NCBI GenBank assembly: GCA_963667725.2
Contig: CAXXHO010000003.1
Location: forward strand, 224,001 to 288,000
Reading direction: 5' to 3'
DNA from: Treponemataceae bacterium
GTDB taxonomy: Bacteria > Spirochaetota > Spirochaetia > Treponematales > Rectinemataceae
Length of the DNA stretch: 64,000 nucleotides
Shown here: positions 53,803-63,360 of the stretch, piece by piece
Position numbering within the stretch: position 1 is the first letter of the stretch
Layout: each line of letters starts with the position of its first letter
Program-made: the position numbers and the translations under genes
The notes under the pieces: model-generated
Databases searched by the model: none
Told to the model about the DNA's origin: nothing
The model's input: the letters and a program-made list of their open reading frames with translations, nothing else

Positions 53803-55065
53803 ATGGAATGCTACAATAAAGGCTATTGTCTTGTTCTTTCGGGCGGGGGAGCGAAAGGCGTCTATCATCTAGGAGTCTGGAAAGCGCTCAAGGAACTGGG
53901 CATCCAGGTCGATGCCTTCATGGGAACATCCATCGGGGCCGTGATCGCCGGTCTCTTTGCTCAGGACAGCGACGATTCGCTTGATGATCTGGGCGCTTCC
54001 ATCACGGTGAATTCCATCATTTCCCTGCCCGACACCTTTGTCGATGAAGGAAAAATCAACGTAAACAAGGAATCCTTGTCCGAAGCGCAGGAACTTTTCC
54101 GTTCCCTCATTGAGAACAAAGGCCTCGACACCAGCCCTCTGCGCCAACTTCTGGTGTCGCGCATCGACGAAGACAGAATCAGGAAATCGGGAAAGGATCT
54201 CGGCGTCGTCACCATAAACCTTAGCGACTTGAAACCCCGCGAAATGTTCATTGAGGAAATGGGCGAAGGCGCGATCATCGATTACCTGATGGCGAGCGCC
54301 GCCTTTCCCGGATTCCGCCAGCCGGTCATAGAAGGCAAGAAATATATGGACGGCGGCATCGTCGACAACATACCCTACGCGATGGCAAGGCAGCGGGGCT
54401 ATCGGCGCATTATCGTCTCTGACATCTCAGGGCTGGGCATGAACAGGCGCCCGGAGATCGAGGGAAGCATCACGATATATATCAAGAATTCCATCAACAT
54501 GGGCGGCGTCCTCGATTTCGACCACGATTTCATGAAGGATTTCGAGCGCCTGGGCTATCTCGACACGTTGCGCGTCTTCGGTCGGCTGCGAGGATATTCA
54601 TATTTCATCGAGCCAAACGCTGAGGCCGAAGCGGTTTTCGCGAAGAAGCTGGAAAAGGCCGCTCCGGCGCGGGGAACGACGACTTTTCCGAAGAATATGC
54701 TCCATGACAGAAATCTCCTCCTGAAGTATCTCGAATGCGCGGCTTCCATCCTGGAGGTTCCTCGCGTGGCGTCGTATACCTACGGCGAGCTGGCTTCCGC
54801 CATAGCGGAAAGGAAAAATGACGACGAAGACAAGATCGCCGAAATCTTCAAGGCAGGTTCCGACAGAAAAGCCGCGATCATCGCGATGCTTCGCGAATCG
54901 ATGGCGAACCGCATATTCAAGGGAAGCCCCTATTATTATTTCCGTCTGATGGAAGAATTCCTGCCTAAAAAAGCCGGCGTCATGCCGAGAAAGACCCTGA
55001 TAGGCCTCTTCCCGGAGTTGCCTGCCGGAATGGAGTATCTACGGAGCGTTGAGCGCTCGAATTAA
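53803..55065 (+). CDS. Patatin-like phospholipase
   Basis: LSGGGAKG, GTSIG, ASAAFP, DGG. Confidence 0.9.
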   Translation: MECYNKGYCLVLSGGGAKGVYHLGVWKALKELGIQVDAFMGTSIGAVIAGLFAQDSDDSLDDLGASITVNSIISLPDTFVDEGKINVNKESLSEAQELFRSLIENKGLDTSPLRQLLVSRIDEDRIRKSGKDLGVVTINLSDLKPREMFIEEMGEGAIIDYLMASAAFPGFRQPVIEGKKYMDGGIVDNIPYAMARQRGYRRIIVSDISGLGMNRRPEIEGSITIYIKNSINMGGVLDFDHDFMKDFERLGYLDTLRVFGRLRGYSYFIEPNAEAEAVFAKKLEKAAPARGTTTFPKNMLHDRNLLLKYLECAASILEVPRVASYTYGELASAIAERKNDDEDKIAEIFKAGSDRKAAIIAMLRESMANRIFKGSPYYYFRLMEEFLPKKAGVMPRKTLIGLFPELPAGMEYLRSVERSN

Positions 55066-56057
55066 ATTCCGGCGGCCTGCACGATGAGCGATACCAAAGC
55101 CACCGAAATCCAGCAAGCAAGCCCAAGCAGTATGGGGCGTATGCCGTTACGGACAAGTTTCAAGGGATTGGAGCGCAGTCCGATGGCGGCCATCGCCATG
55201 CAGATGCCGAACTTGCCGAGCTGGGCGAGGGAGTAGCCCGCGTCCAGGGAAAAGGCGCCAAGAGTCCGGCAGAGGGATGCGGCCAGGAAACCGAGCACGA
55301 ACCAGGGAAATATCTTCACGAAATTGAGCGCGCCCCGCTTGCCCTCTGTGCCGCGCAGCCTGTTCATGGCGAGGAAGAGCGTGATGGGAATGATCATGAG
55401 GGTTCGCGTGAGCTTTACGATCGTGGCGTAACGCCCGGCTTCGTCGCCATAGGAAAACGCGGCAGCTACCACTGACGAGGTGTCGTTTATCGCCGTGCCC
55501 GCCCAGAGGCCAAAAGTTTGCTGGTCCATGTTCATCATGTGTCCCAGCGCCGGAAAAATGAATACGGCGAGTATGTTGAAAATAAAGATCGTCGAGATGG
55601 AATAAGCTACTTCTTCCTCGTCAGCTTCTATTACGGGAGCGGTCGCCGCGATGGCCGAACCGCCGCATATGGCCGTCCCCACGCCGATGAGCGTTTTCAC
55701 CTTTGGATCTATCCCCAACCATTTGCCGACGAAGCGCGCGGCGAGGAATGCCGCCGCGAGCGTGAATGCCATGACGGCGATTGATTCGATTCCTACTTTA
55801 AGCACGACCGAAAGGTCGAGGCTGAAACCTAGAAAGATGATCGAATACTGAAGCATTTTCTTTCCGGTAAAGCCGATGCCTTCCTCGAAAAAAGCGGGGC
55901 GCTTGAAGAAGGAGAGGGCCATGCCGAAAATGATCGCGAAGACAGGCGCCCCGATGACGGGAACGAGTTTTCCGAGGAACCAGGAGGGAAGCGCCAATGC
56001 CAGGGCGAGGACAATCCCGGGGAAGGTCGCTACGATGCGTTGCGACATAGGTCTCAT
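55062..56057 (-). CDS. YeiH/putative sulfate exporter (PSE) family membrane protein
   Basis: GTAICGGSAIAA, AGTAINDTSSVVAAA, VKLTRTL, PWFVLGF; ATG overlaps the ROK stop (ATGA). Confidence 0.9.
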   Translation of the reverse strand: MRPMSQRIVATFPGIVLALALALPSWFLGKLVPVIGAPVFAIIFGMALSFFKRPAFFEEGIGFTGKKMLQYSIIFLGFSLDLSVVLKVGIESIAVMAFTLAAAFLAARFVGKWLGIDPKVKTLIGVGTAICGGSAIAATAPVIEADEEEVAYSISTIFIFNILAVFIFPALGHMMNMDQQTFGLWAGTAINDTSSVVAAAFSYGDEAGRYATIVKLTRTLMIIPITLFLAMNRLRGTEGKRGALNFVKIFPWFVLGFLAASLCRTLGAFSLDAGYSLAQLGKFGICMAMAAIGLRSNPLKLVRNGIRPILLGLACWISVALVSLIVQAAGI

Positions 56058-57277
56058 CTGCGGCGCACCATAGAGGAGAGGGCAAGCTTGCGGTCCAGGA
56101 CGAGACAGGCACCGCCCAATGCGCCGACCGATTCGCCGAGGGCGCCGCGCTCGATCTTCACCGTGTTGAAGGCATGCGGCATCGCCCAACGCGCTGCGAC
56201 CTTGCGCACGCATTCTATAAGCGGACTCTCGATCAGCCCGATCGGGCCGCCGATTATCACCTTGTCGGGATTGTAGGTGGTAACGATATTCGCGATGGCG
56301 AGACCGAGCTGCGTGGATGCTTCGCGGACGCATTCGAGAGCGAGCGGGTCACCGGCGGCCGCGGCGAGGCAGACATCTTCGCCGTTGATCGATTCGCCGG
56401 CTTTTCCCCGGGCCGCCAGCTGCGAGGATCCCCCCTCGGCGATGAGCGCGATCGCCCTGCGCGACAGGGCGCTTCCCGATGCGTAGACATGGAGGCAGCC
56501 GCGTTTTCCGCAGGCGCAGACAGGCCCTTCCGTGTTCACGGTGACATGGCCGATTTCACCTGCGCTGAAGAAGGACCCGTGGACAAGCTCCCCGTCTATC
56601 ATGATCGCGGCGCTGATCCCCGTGCCAATGCCGATGTACACCATCTGGTGGACGGCTCTTCCTCCGCCGAAGCGGGCTTCGGCCAGTCCGGCGCCTCTGT
56701 TTCTGTTGATAAGAAGAACCTTGGTCTTAAGCTTCTTTTCCACAAGATCGGCTACGCGGACATTTCGCCAGCCCAGGTCGTCGGCTCTGATGATGAGGCC
56801 GCGGTCACAGTCGACGAGGCCGGGAGCGCCGACCCCGAAGGCCGGCAGCAGCTCGCCGCTGACGCCTTCCTTAAAATCGCTCAAGCCCCGCACGAGGCTG
56901 TCGAGGAAAGAGTCGGGGTCGGCGCCGGCGACCTTGAGCGAAGCGCTCCTCAGGATACGCCCCTTCAGGTCGGTTTCGACGAAGGACCAGTGCCCAGAAT
57001 GGTATTCGGCGCCGATAGCCCTCCAGATCGAATCGTCCAGGTCGAGGAGTATGCCCGGTCTTCCCCTGCCTTCGCGGAGCAGGTTCTTTTCCACGAGCAG
57101 ATTGAGACTTATCAGCCTCGATACGATCGTAGAGGCTGTGGTACGGCTCAAGCCCAGATGCCGGGCGATCGATGCCCGCGACTCCGCGGCACGGTATTCT
57201 ATCGCCTTCAGGACGGCGACCGTGTACTCGCCTTCGGGCAAGGCGTTGTTGATTTCGGTTTCGGCGCGATTTTTCAT
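56054..57277 (-). CDS. ROK-family transcriptional repressor
   Basis: N-terminal HTH (SRASIARHLGLSRTT), GRGRP, GTGISAA, GEIGH, CACGKRGCL. Confidence 0.92.
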   Translation of the reverse strand: MKNRAETEINNALPEGEYTVAVLKAIEYRAAESRASIARHLGLSRTTASTIVSRLISLNLLVEKNLLREGRGRPGILLDLDDSIWRAIGAEYHSGHWSFVETDLKGRILRSASLKVAGADPDSFLDSLVRGLSDFKEGVSGELLPAFGVGAPGLVDCDRGLIIRADDLGWRNVRVADLVEKKLKTKVLLINRNRGAGLAEARFGGGRAVHQMVYIGIGTGISAAIMIDGELVHGSFFSAGEIGHVTVNTEGPVCACGKRGCLHVYASGSALSRRAIALIAEGGSSQLAARGKAGESINGEDVCLAAAAGDPLALECVREASTQLGLAIANIVTTYNPDKVIIGGPIGLIESPLIECVRKVAARWAMPHAFNTVKIERGALGESVGALGGACLVLDRKLALSSMVRRR

Positions 57278-57318
57278 CGGTGCGTCTATAATACTATGAA
57301 AATTAAATTTGTACAGAT

Positions 57319-57360
57319 ATTTGTAAAGAAACTTGACAAATTGCAGACTCGTGGTATCGT
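57319..57360 (+). promoter_or_regulatory. ROK operator palindrome overlapping the -35 of the catabolic operon promoter
   Basis: ATTTGTAAAG-aaa-CTTGACAAAT (9/10 symmetric, 57319-57341); TTGACA 57333-57338; TGg-TATCGT 57352-57360. Confidence 0.7.
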
Positions 57361-57366
57361 GAAGCT

Positions 57367-58776
57367 ATGGCATTCAACCGGGATATACGAGTGGAAGGGC
57401 TCTCTCTTTTCTATCTGCCCGTTAAGACCAGGATTCCTCTCAAGTTCGGCCCCGAGACGACGACACATGCGACCTGCGCGCGGGTACGGATCGACGTTTC
57501 CTCAAGGCAGGGCGCTCATGCCGTGGGCTGGGGCGAAACCCCTCTCAGCGTCGCCTGGGTCTGGCCCTGCGAACTCTCCTATGATTCCCGTCTCGCCGCG
57601 ATGCAGGAATTCTGCTTTCTCCTGGCCCGCGCCTGGAAGGATTTTCCCCTGTGGGGTCATCCGATGGAGATCGGGCACGCATTCCTCCAGGAAAGCCTGC
57701 CAGTCTTATTTGGTGAGTTCAACGCGCGCCGAACCGCCCAGCGGTTGCCGGAAATGCCCTGGCTGGCCGCTCTCGTGTGTTCGGCCTCCTTCGATCTGGC
57801 CCTCTTCGACGCCTATGGGAACCTCCACGGCCTCTCGGTTTTCGACACCCTAGGCCCCGAGTTCATGAATCGTGACCTTGCATGGTTTTACGGCCCTGAA
57901 CACGCGCCGCTTTTCAAGGATAAGTATCCGGAAGATTTCCTCGTCCGGCCCGCGCCGCTTTCGCTGCCCGCCTGGCACCTCGTCGGCGGCAAGGATATCC
58001 TCACGGCGGAAGGGCTCAATGGTACGGAGCCGGACGATGGCTATCCCGTCATCCTTTCGGATTGGATCGTTCGGGACGGGCTCAAATGCCTGAAAATCAA
58101 GCTTACCGGCAACGATGCCGAATGGGATTACGCGCGCATCCTCGATGTGGGACGCATGGCGATCCACTACAACGTCGACTGGCTCAGCACCGATTTCAAC
58201 TGTACGGTGCTCGATCCGGCCTACGTATGCCGGATTCTCGACAGGCTTCTTGTCGAGGAGCCGAGAATTTTCGCGATGATTCTCTATATTGAGCAGCCAT
58301 TCCCTTACGATCTCGAGCGCAATCGTATCGACGCGCATTCGGTCAGCGCGCGCAAACCCCTTTTCATGGACGAAAGCGCTCACGACTGGAAATATCTCGC
58401 CCTGGGCAGGACACTCGGATGGACGGGCGTTGCCCTGAAGACCTGCAAGACCTTTACCGGCGCGCTCCTCAGTCTCTGCTGGGCCAAGACGGCGGGCATG
58501 ACGCTGATGGTTCAGGACCTGACCAACCCCATGCTTGCCCAGATACCCCATATCCAGCTGGCCGCCCATGCCGGAACGATCATGGGCGTCGAGACGAACT
58601 CGATGCAGTTTTACCCCGATGCCTCGAAGCCCGAGGCCGCGGTCCATCCCGGCCTGTTCTCGAGGGTGGGCGGACGGGTGAGGCTCGATTCGATCGGACC
58701 GACGGGGTTCGGCTATAGAATCGACGAAATCGCGCGAATACTGCCCGAAGCGGCCTGGGAAGGCGGCAGGGCATGA
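57367..58776 (+). CDS. Enolase-superfamily (mandelate racemase/MLE-like) enzyme of unknown substrate
   Basis: GWGE, KIK, DFN, EQP, DES metal ligands, second Lys in ALKTCK. Confidence 0.85.
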   Translation: MAFNRDIRVEGLSLFYLPVKTRIPLKFGPETTTHATCARVRIDVSSRQGAHAVGWGETPLSVAWVWPCELSYDSRLAAMQEFCFLLARAWKDFPLWGHPMEIGHAFLQESLPVLFGEFNARRTAQRLPEMPWLAALVCSASFDLALFDAYGNLHGLSVFDTLGPEFMNRDLAWFYGPEHAPLFKDKYPEDFLVRPAPLSLPAWHLVGGKDILTAEGLNGTEPDDGYPVILSDWIVRDGLKCLKIKLTGNDAEWDYARILDVGRMAIHYNVDWLSTDFNCTVLDPAYVCRILDRLLVEEPRIFAMILYIEQPFPYDLERNRIDAHSVSARKPLFMDESAHDWKYLALGRTLGWTGVALKTCKTFTGALLSLCWAKTAGMTLMVQDLTNPMLAQIPHIQLAAHAGTIMGVETNSMQFYPDASKPEAAVHPGLFSRVGGRVRLDSIGPTGFGYRIDEIARILPEAAWEGGRA

Positions 58777-59564
58777 AGAATTCCAGATCTTTCGCGGCGA
58801 AAGTACTGCCGAGGCTCCTCTATATCGTACTGGCGATAGCCCTCTGGCAGGCGCTCATCATGATTTTCAAGGTGAAGGAATTCGTCGTTCCCTCGCCGAT
58901 CGCGGTGTTCAAGAGCCTGTTTTCGGGAGAACTGATCGCGGAGAATACCTGGGGCGTGCATATCAGGACGACCCTTACGGAAATAGCGGTCAGTTTCTTC
59001 CTTACGGCGGTCGTGGGATTCCTTCTCGCCCTCGTCATCTGCTGGTCCAGAATCCTGCGCGGCATTCTCATGCCTGTCATCGCCGTCCTGAATTCCCTGC
59101 CCAAAATTGCCCTGGCCCCGCTTTTCCTCATCTGGCTCGGCTATGGTTTCACGGCCAACGTGACCATAGCGATCATCTGCGCCTTTTTTCCCATCGTGCT
59201 CAACACGACGGTGGGACTCGATTCCGTGGACGAGGATCTGCTCGACCTCGTCCGTTACCTGAACGCTTCCAAGCTGCAGGTCTTTCTCAAGATAAGAATC
59301 CCGAATTCGCTTCCCTATGTCTTTTCCGGCCTTAAAGTGAGCGCCACGATGGCTGTCGTGGGCGTTATCGTGGGCGAGTTCGTGGCGTCCAGCCAGGGGC
59401 TGGGCTTCCTGATCAAAGACTCCCAGGCCATGATGAATACGCCGCCCATGTTCGCCGCACTTTTCCTCATATCGGGAATAGGCTTGGGCCTGTTCGCCTT
59501 CATCGGTTTTCTGGAACGCGCGCTTATGCCCTGGAACATTGAGCGGACGGAGGGCAAGGCATGA
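58773..59564 (+). CDS. NitT/TauT-type ABC permease 1
   Basis: PSP, PKIALAPLFLIWLGYG, FFPIVLNT, VGEFV...GLG. Confidence 0.9.
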   Translation: MKNSRSFAAKVLPRLLYIVLAIALWQALIMIFKVKEFVVPSPIAVFKSLFSGELIAENTWGVHIRTTLTEIAVSFFLTAVVGFLLALVICWSRILRGILMPVIAVLNSLPKIALAPLFLIWLGYGFTANVTIAIICAFFPIVLNTTVGLDSVDEDLLDLVRYLNASKLQVFLKIRIPNSLPYVFSGLKVSATMAVVGVIVGEFVASSQGLGFLIKDSQAMMNTPPMFAALFLISGIGLGLFAFIGFLERALMPWNIERTEGKA

Positions 59565-60361
59565 AAAAGCCCAGTTCGCCGAGGCTGAGTTCGCTCTTGG
59601 CACGCCTCAAGACTCCGGCTGTCATCGTCGTTCTCCTCGTGATATGGGAACTCTGCGTGAGGATTTTCAAGGTCAAGGAATACATCCTTCCATCGCCCAT
59701 CGTGGCTCTGGAGCATCTCTTCCTGCCGCAGCCCGACGCGAACTATAGCTGGATCGTCCATATTCGCATAACGTTGATGGAGCTTGCCGTATCCTTCGTC
59801 GTCACCTCCATCCTCGGCATAGCGATTGCGATAGGCCTCGCGTGGAACGCGACCGTCAAGAAAATCGTCATGCCGGCCTTCGTCTTCCTGAATTCGCTGC
59901 CCATCGTCGCGATCGCGCCCCTCCTCGTCCTCTGGTTCGGCTACGGCCTGAAGACGAACATCCTGATAGCTTTTCTCGTATCCTTTTTTCCCATCGTGAT
60001 CAACACGACGGTGGGGCTGTCCGAGATAGACGACGATCTTCTGGATCTCGTGAAGTACCTGAACGGGACGAAACTGCAGATATTCCTCAAGCTGAGAATA
60101 CCTAATTCGCTTCCCTACATTTTCACGGGACTCAAGATAAGCTCCACGATGTGCGTCGTAGGGGCGATCGTCGGCGAGTTCGTCGCCTCGGACAGAGGCT
60201 TGGGCTACATAATTATTAATTCCCAGTACACCATGGATTCGCCGCCGATTTTCGCCGGTCTCATGCTCGTGTCGCTGTTCGGCGTCGCGTTGTTCGGCAT
60301 CGTGTCGGCATTGGAAAGGCTCTGCATGCCCTGGCAATTCAGGGGTAGGAATAGTGACTAA
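59561..60361 (+). CDS. NitT/TauT-type ABC permease 2
   Basis: Paralogue of the previous gene; PIVAIAPLLVLWFGYG, VGEFVASDRGLG. Confidence 0.9.
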   Translation: MKKPSSPRLSSLLARLKTPAVIVVLLVIWELCVRIFKVKEYILPSPIVALEHLFLPQPDANYSWIVHIRITLMELAVSFVVTSILGIAIAIGLAWNATVKKIVMPAFVFLNSLPIVAIAPLLVLWFGYGLKTNILIAFLVSFFPIVINTTVGLSEIDDDLLDLVKYLNGTKLQIFLKLRIPNSLPYIFTGLKISSTMCVVGAIVGEFVASDRGLGYIIINSQYTMDSPPIFAGLMLVSLFGVALFGIVSALERLCMPWQFRGRNSD

Positions 60362-60433
60362 CGTCGGAATTTCGCCGGGGATCGCCTAAGCGGTCCCTCA
60401 GCATCTCAAGTTTTCGAATCTAGGAGGATTAAG

Positions 60434-61423
60434 ATGAGGAAACGTTTCATCGCGACAATCGCCATTGCTTTCCTGGTCCTGGCGGGGGCATCGGCCCAGA
60501 CGACCAAGATCAACTTCCAGCTGAACTGGAAAATCTCGGGCGACCACGCTCCTTACTACGTGGCCATGGAAAAGGGATGGTTCAAGGAAGAAGGTCTGGA
60601 CGTAAATGTCATGATCGGCCAGGGTTCGGGCTTCACCGTCCAGATGGTGGATGCCGGCAAGGCCCAGATCGGCATCTCCGACGCTCCCGTTCCCATCGAA
60701 GCCAGGGCGAAGGGCGCCAACATCAAGCTCGTGGGCATAATTTTCGACAAACACCCCAACTGTATGTTCTTCTGGAAGGATTCCGGCATCAAGGTCGCCC
60801 AGGACCTCAAGGGCAAGACGGTGGCCGTGCCCGCCTCGGACGGACACAAAGTGATGTGGCCGGCTTTCGCCAAGCTCATCGGCCTCAACGCCAACGACGT
60901 CAAATTCATCAATATCGAGCCGACGGCCAAACCGGCTGCCCTCGGATCGAGACAGGCCGATGTGGTATTCGAGCTCTTCACCGGCAAGCCCTTCATGGAA
61001 AAGGCTGTTCCGGCCGACCAGCTGGGATGGATCATCTGGGCAGACTATGGTTTCAACGCCTACGCGCACAGCTATATCGCCAACGAGGACTTCATGAAGA
61101 GCAACCCCGAGGCGCTGAAGAAATTCCTCAAGGTGTCCTATAGGGCATGGCAGTACACGCTCAATAACATTCCCGAAGCGATAAACATCCTTTCGAAGTA
61201 CCATCCCATCAACACCGATGACTTCGTCGCAAATCTCACCGCCGTCAGGGAATTCTTCAAGACCGATCGCTACAAGAACAACGGCATCGGCTACATCGAT
61301 CCGTCGAGGATGCAGGATACCATCAACATCGTCAAGGAAAAGGGCCTGGCCATGAATCCGGATCCGAATTACTATTATTCTTCGGCTTTCCTTCCCAGCC
61401 CGCCGTATAAGTTCAACTTCTGA
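60434..61423 (+). CDS. NMT1/THI5-like (SsuA-type) substrate-binding protein
   Basis: Signal peptide; LNWK...HAPYYVAMEKGWFKEEGLDV, DLKGKTV. Confidence 0.88.
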   Translation: MRKRFIATIAIAFLVLAGASAQTTKINFQLNWKISGDHAPYYVAMEKGWFKEEGLDVNVMIGQGSGFTVQMVDAGKAQIGISDAPVPIEARAKGANIKLVGIIFDKHPNCMFFWKDSGIKVAQDLKGKTVAVPASDGHKVMWPAFAKLIGLNANDVKFINIEPTAKPAALGSRQADVVFELFTGKPFMEKAVPADQLGWIIWADYGFNAYAHSYIANEDFMKSNPEALKKFLKVSYRAWQYTLNNIPEAINILSKYHPINTDDFVANLTAVREFFKTDRYKNNGIGYIDPSRMQDTINIVKEKGLAMNPDPNYYYSSAFLPSPPYKFNF

Positions 61424-61442
61424 TTTTCATCGCCGAATGAAG

Positions 61443-61492
61443 GAGTCGGGGAAGTGGCGGCCAGCGATAACTGGCCGCCACTTCCCCGACTC
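61443..61492 (+). repeat. Perfect 22-bp inverted repeat after the binding-protein gene
   Basis: GAGTCGGGGAAGTGGCGGCCAG-cgataa-CTGGCCGCCACTTCCCCGACTC, then GGTTTTT. Confidence 0.92.
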
Positions 61493-61530
61493 GGTTTTTC
61501 GGTTTTATTCACGGATAAGGTGGCCAAACG

Positions 61531-62298
61531 ATGAGCGACGAGCGAAAACCTCTGCTCTCCCTGAAAAATGTCAAAAAAACCTACAGAACGGGCGGCACCG
61601 AGCTGGAAGCCCTCGGCGACGTTACCTTCGATGTCTTCCCAAAGGAATTCGTCTCGATCGTAGGCCCTTCGGGTTGCGGTAAGACAACCCTTCTCAAGAT
61701 AATCGCCGGACTCCTTCCGAAGTCCTCGGGCGAAATCGTCGTGAACAAGGAAGATTTCGACATTACGCGCGAAGTCGGCTTCGTCTTCCAGAAACCCCTC
61801 CTCCTCCATTGGAGGAAGGTGATAGACAATGTCCTTCTACCCATCGAAATACTGAGGAAAGACAGAAAGGCGATGGAGGAAAGGGCGCGGTATCTGCTCG
61901 CGCTGGTCGGGCTGGGGGGCTTCGAGGATCGGTATCCTGGCGAGCTTTCCGGCGGGATGCAACAGCGCGTCTCGATCGCCCGCGCCCTTGTCCACGATCC
62001 CAAGATGCTGCTCATGGACGAGCCTTTCGGAGCCTTGGACGCCATCACCAGGGAGCGGCTCAACATAGAGCTGCTCAGGATCTGGCAGGAGACCGGCAAG
62101 ACGATTCTTTTCGTCACCCACGGCATCAACGAAGCCGTTTTCCTCTCCGACCGAGTGATCGTGCTTTCGGCCCGCCCTTCCAGGATGATCGAATCGCTCG
62201 ACATCCAGCTTGCCCGTCCGCGCCTGCAGGAAGTCCGCGTCGAACCTCAGTTCGGCGCCTATGCTCTTGAAATCTACAAGAGCCTCGAAATCGGCTGA
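61531..62298 (+). CDS. NitT/TauT-type ABC ATPase
   Basis: GPSGCGKTT, LSGGMQQR, DEPFGALDAITR. Confidence 0.93.
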   Translation: MSDERKPLLSLKNVKKTYRTGGTELEALGDVTFDVFPKEFVSIVGPSGCGKTTLLKIIAGLLPKSSGEIVVNKEDFDITREVGFVFQKPLLLHWRKVIDNVLLPIEILRKDRKAMEERARYLLALVGLGGFEDRYPGELSGGMQQRVSIARALVHDPKMLLMDEPFGALDAITRERLNIELLRIWQETGKTILFVTHGINEAVFLSDRVIVLSARPSRMIESLDIQLARPRLQEVRVEPQFGAYALEIYKSLEIG

Positions 62299-62312
62299 CA
62301 GGAGGCTTTTCG

Positions 62313-63356
62313 ATGGATCAGGAAGGAAGATACTGCGTGGGAATCAGGGGGGCGGGACAGGTCGCGAACCAGCATGCCGCCGCCATTCTCGCCAATCCGA
62401 AATTGCGCCTGGCGGCCGTCTGTTCGCGTTCGCGCTCGAGCTCGGAAAAGCTGGCCCGGGAATGGGCTTCTGCGGGGAAGGGCGGCGCCCCTATCCTCAT
62501 CTACGATCGCTACGAGGACCTTCTCGCCGACGCCACGGTCGACATCGTTTCCGAATGCATGCCGAACTACCTGCACGCGAGCGAGGGCGCCCTTGCCTTC
62601 GAGGCGGGGAAGCATCTCATCCTGGAGAAGCCGGCCGGAATCGGCCGCGAAGAGCTGAACGCGCTTCGCGACGCCGCCAAGCGTTCGGGACGCAAGAGCG
62701 TCGTGAGTTTCGTCCTGCGCTGGCACCCGCTCATCGCGAACCTGAAAAGCCTTCTCGACGCCTCGGCCATCGGCGACGTCTACTACGCGGAATTCGACTA
62801 TTGGCACGGGATAAAGCCGACTTTTTCGAGCTATAGCTGGATACGCCGCAAGGAATTCGCGGGCGGAGCCATGATAACGGGCGGCTGCCACGCGGCCGAT
62901 CTTGCCCGCTACCTCCACGGCGAGATCGATGAAGTATCCGCGTACTCCACCAAGGCACGCGACGATTTCGATTATCCGACCACCATAGTATCGGCCGTGA
63001 AGTTCGCCGATGGATCGGTGGGGAAACTTTCAGTGTCGCTGGATGGTCTCTGCTTCCCCTACCAGTTCAATATCGACCTGCTCGGCACGAAGGGCGCGCT
63101 GCGCGACAACCGGATTTATTCCAAGGGACTCTTCCCTTCCCAGAAAGATTTCGTCGTCCTCCCCTGCGACACGCCGAATTCCGGCTCGGTGGAGCATCAC
63201 CCATTCAAGCAGGAGATCGACAATCTCGTCGAATGTATCGAGACGGGCGCTCCCGTCCTCTCCGATGTCGAGGATGCGTGCAAATCGATGGAAGTTGCGC
63301 TCGCCGTAACGGAATCGGCGGCGACGGGGCAGTCCGTCAAGATTTCACGGAGCTGA
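62313..63356 (+). CDS. Gfo/Idh/MocA NAD(P)-dependent oxidoreductase
   Basis: GAGQVA, PNYLH, EKP, GGAMITGGCHAAD. Confidence 0.9.
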   Translation: MDQEGRYCVGIRGAGQVANQHAAAILANPKLRLAAVCSRSRSSSEKLAREWASAGKGGAPILIYDRYEDLLADATVDIVSECMPNYLHASEGALAFEAGKHLILEKPAGIGREELNALRDAAKRSGRKSVVSFVLRWHPLIANLKSLLDASAIGDVYYAEFDYWHGIKPTFSSYSWIRRKEFAGGAMITGGCHAADLARYLHGEIDEVSAYSTKARDDFDYPTTIVSAVKFADGSVGKLSVSLDGLCFPYQFNIDLLGTKGALRDNRIYSKGLFPSQKDFVVLPCDTPNSGSVEHHPFKQEIDNLVECIETGAPVLSDVEDACKSMEVALAVTESAATGQSVKISRS

Positions 63357-63360
63357 AGAC

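Noticed and set aside
53803..55065. Patatin as an anti-phage (CBASS-type) effector
   Set aside because: No cyclase or other defence genes nearby; context is metabolic
56174..57853. 559-aa plus-strand ORF spanning the ROK gene and enolase start
   Set aside because: Shadow frame overlapping two well-supported genes
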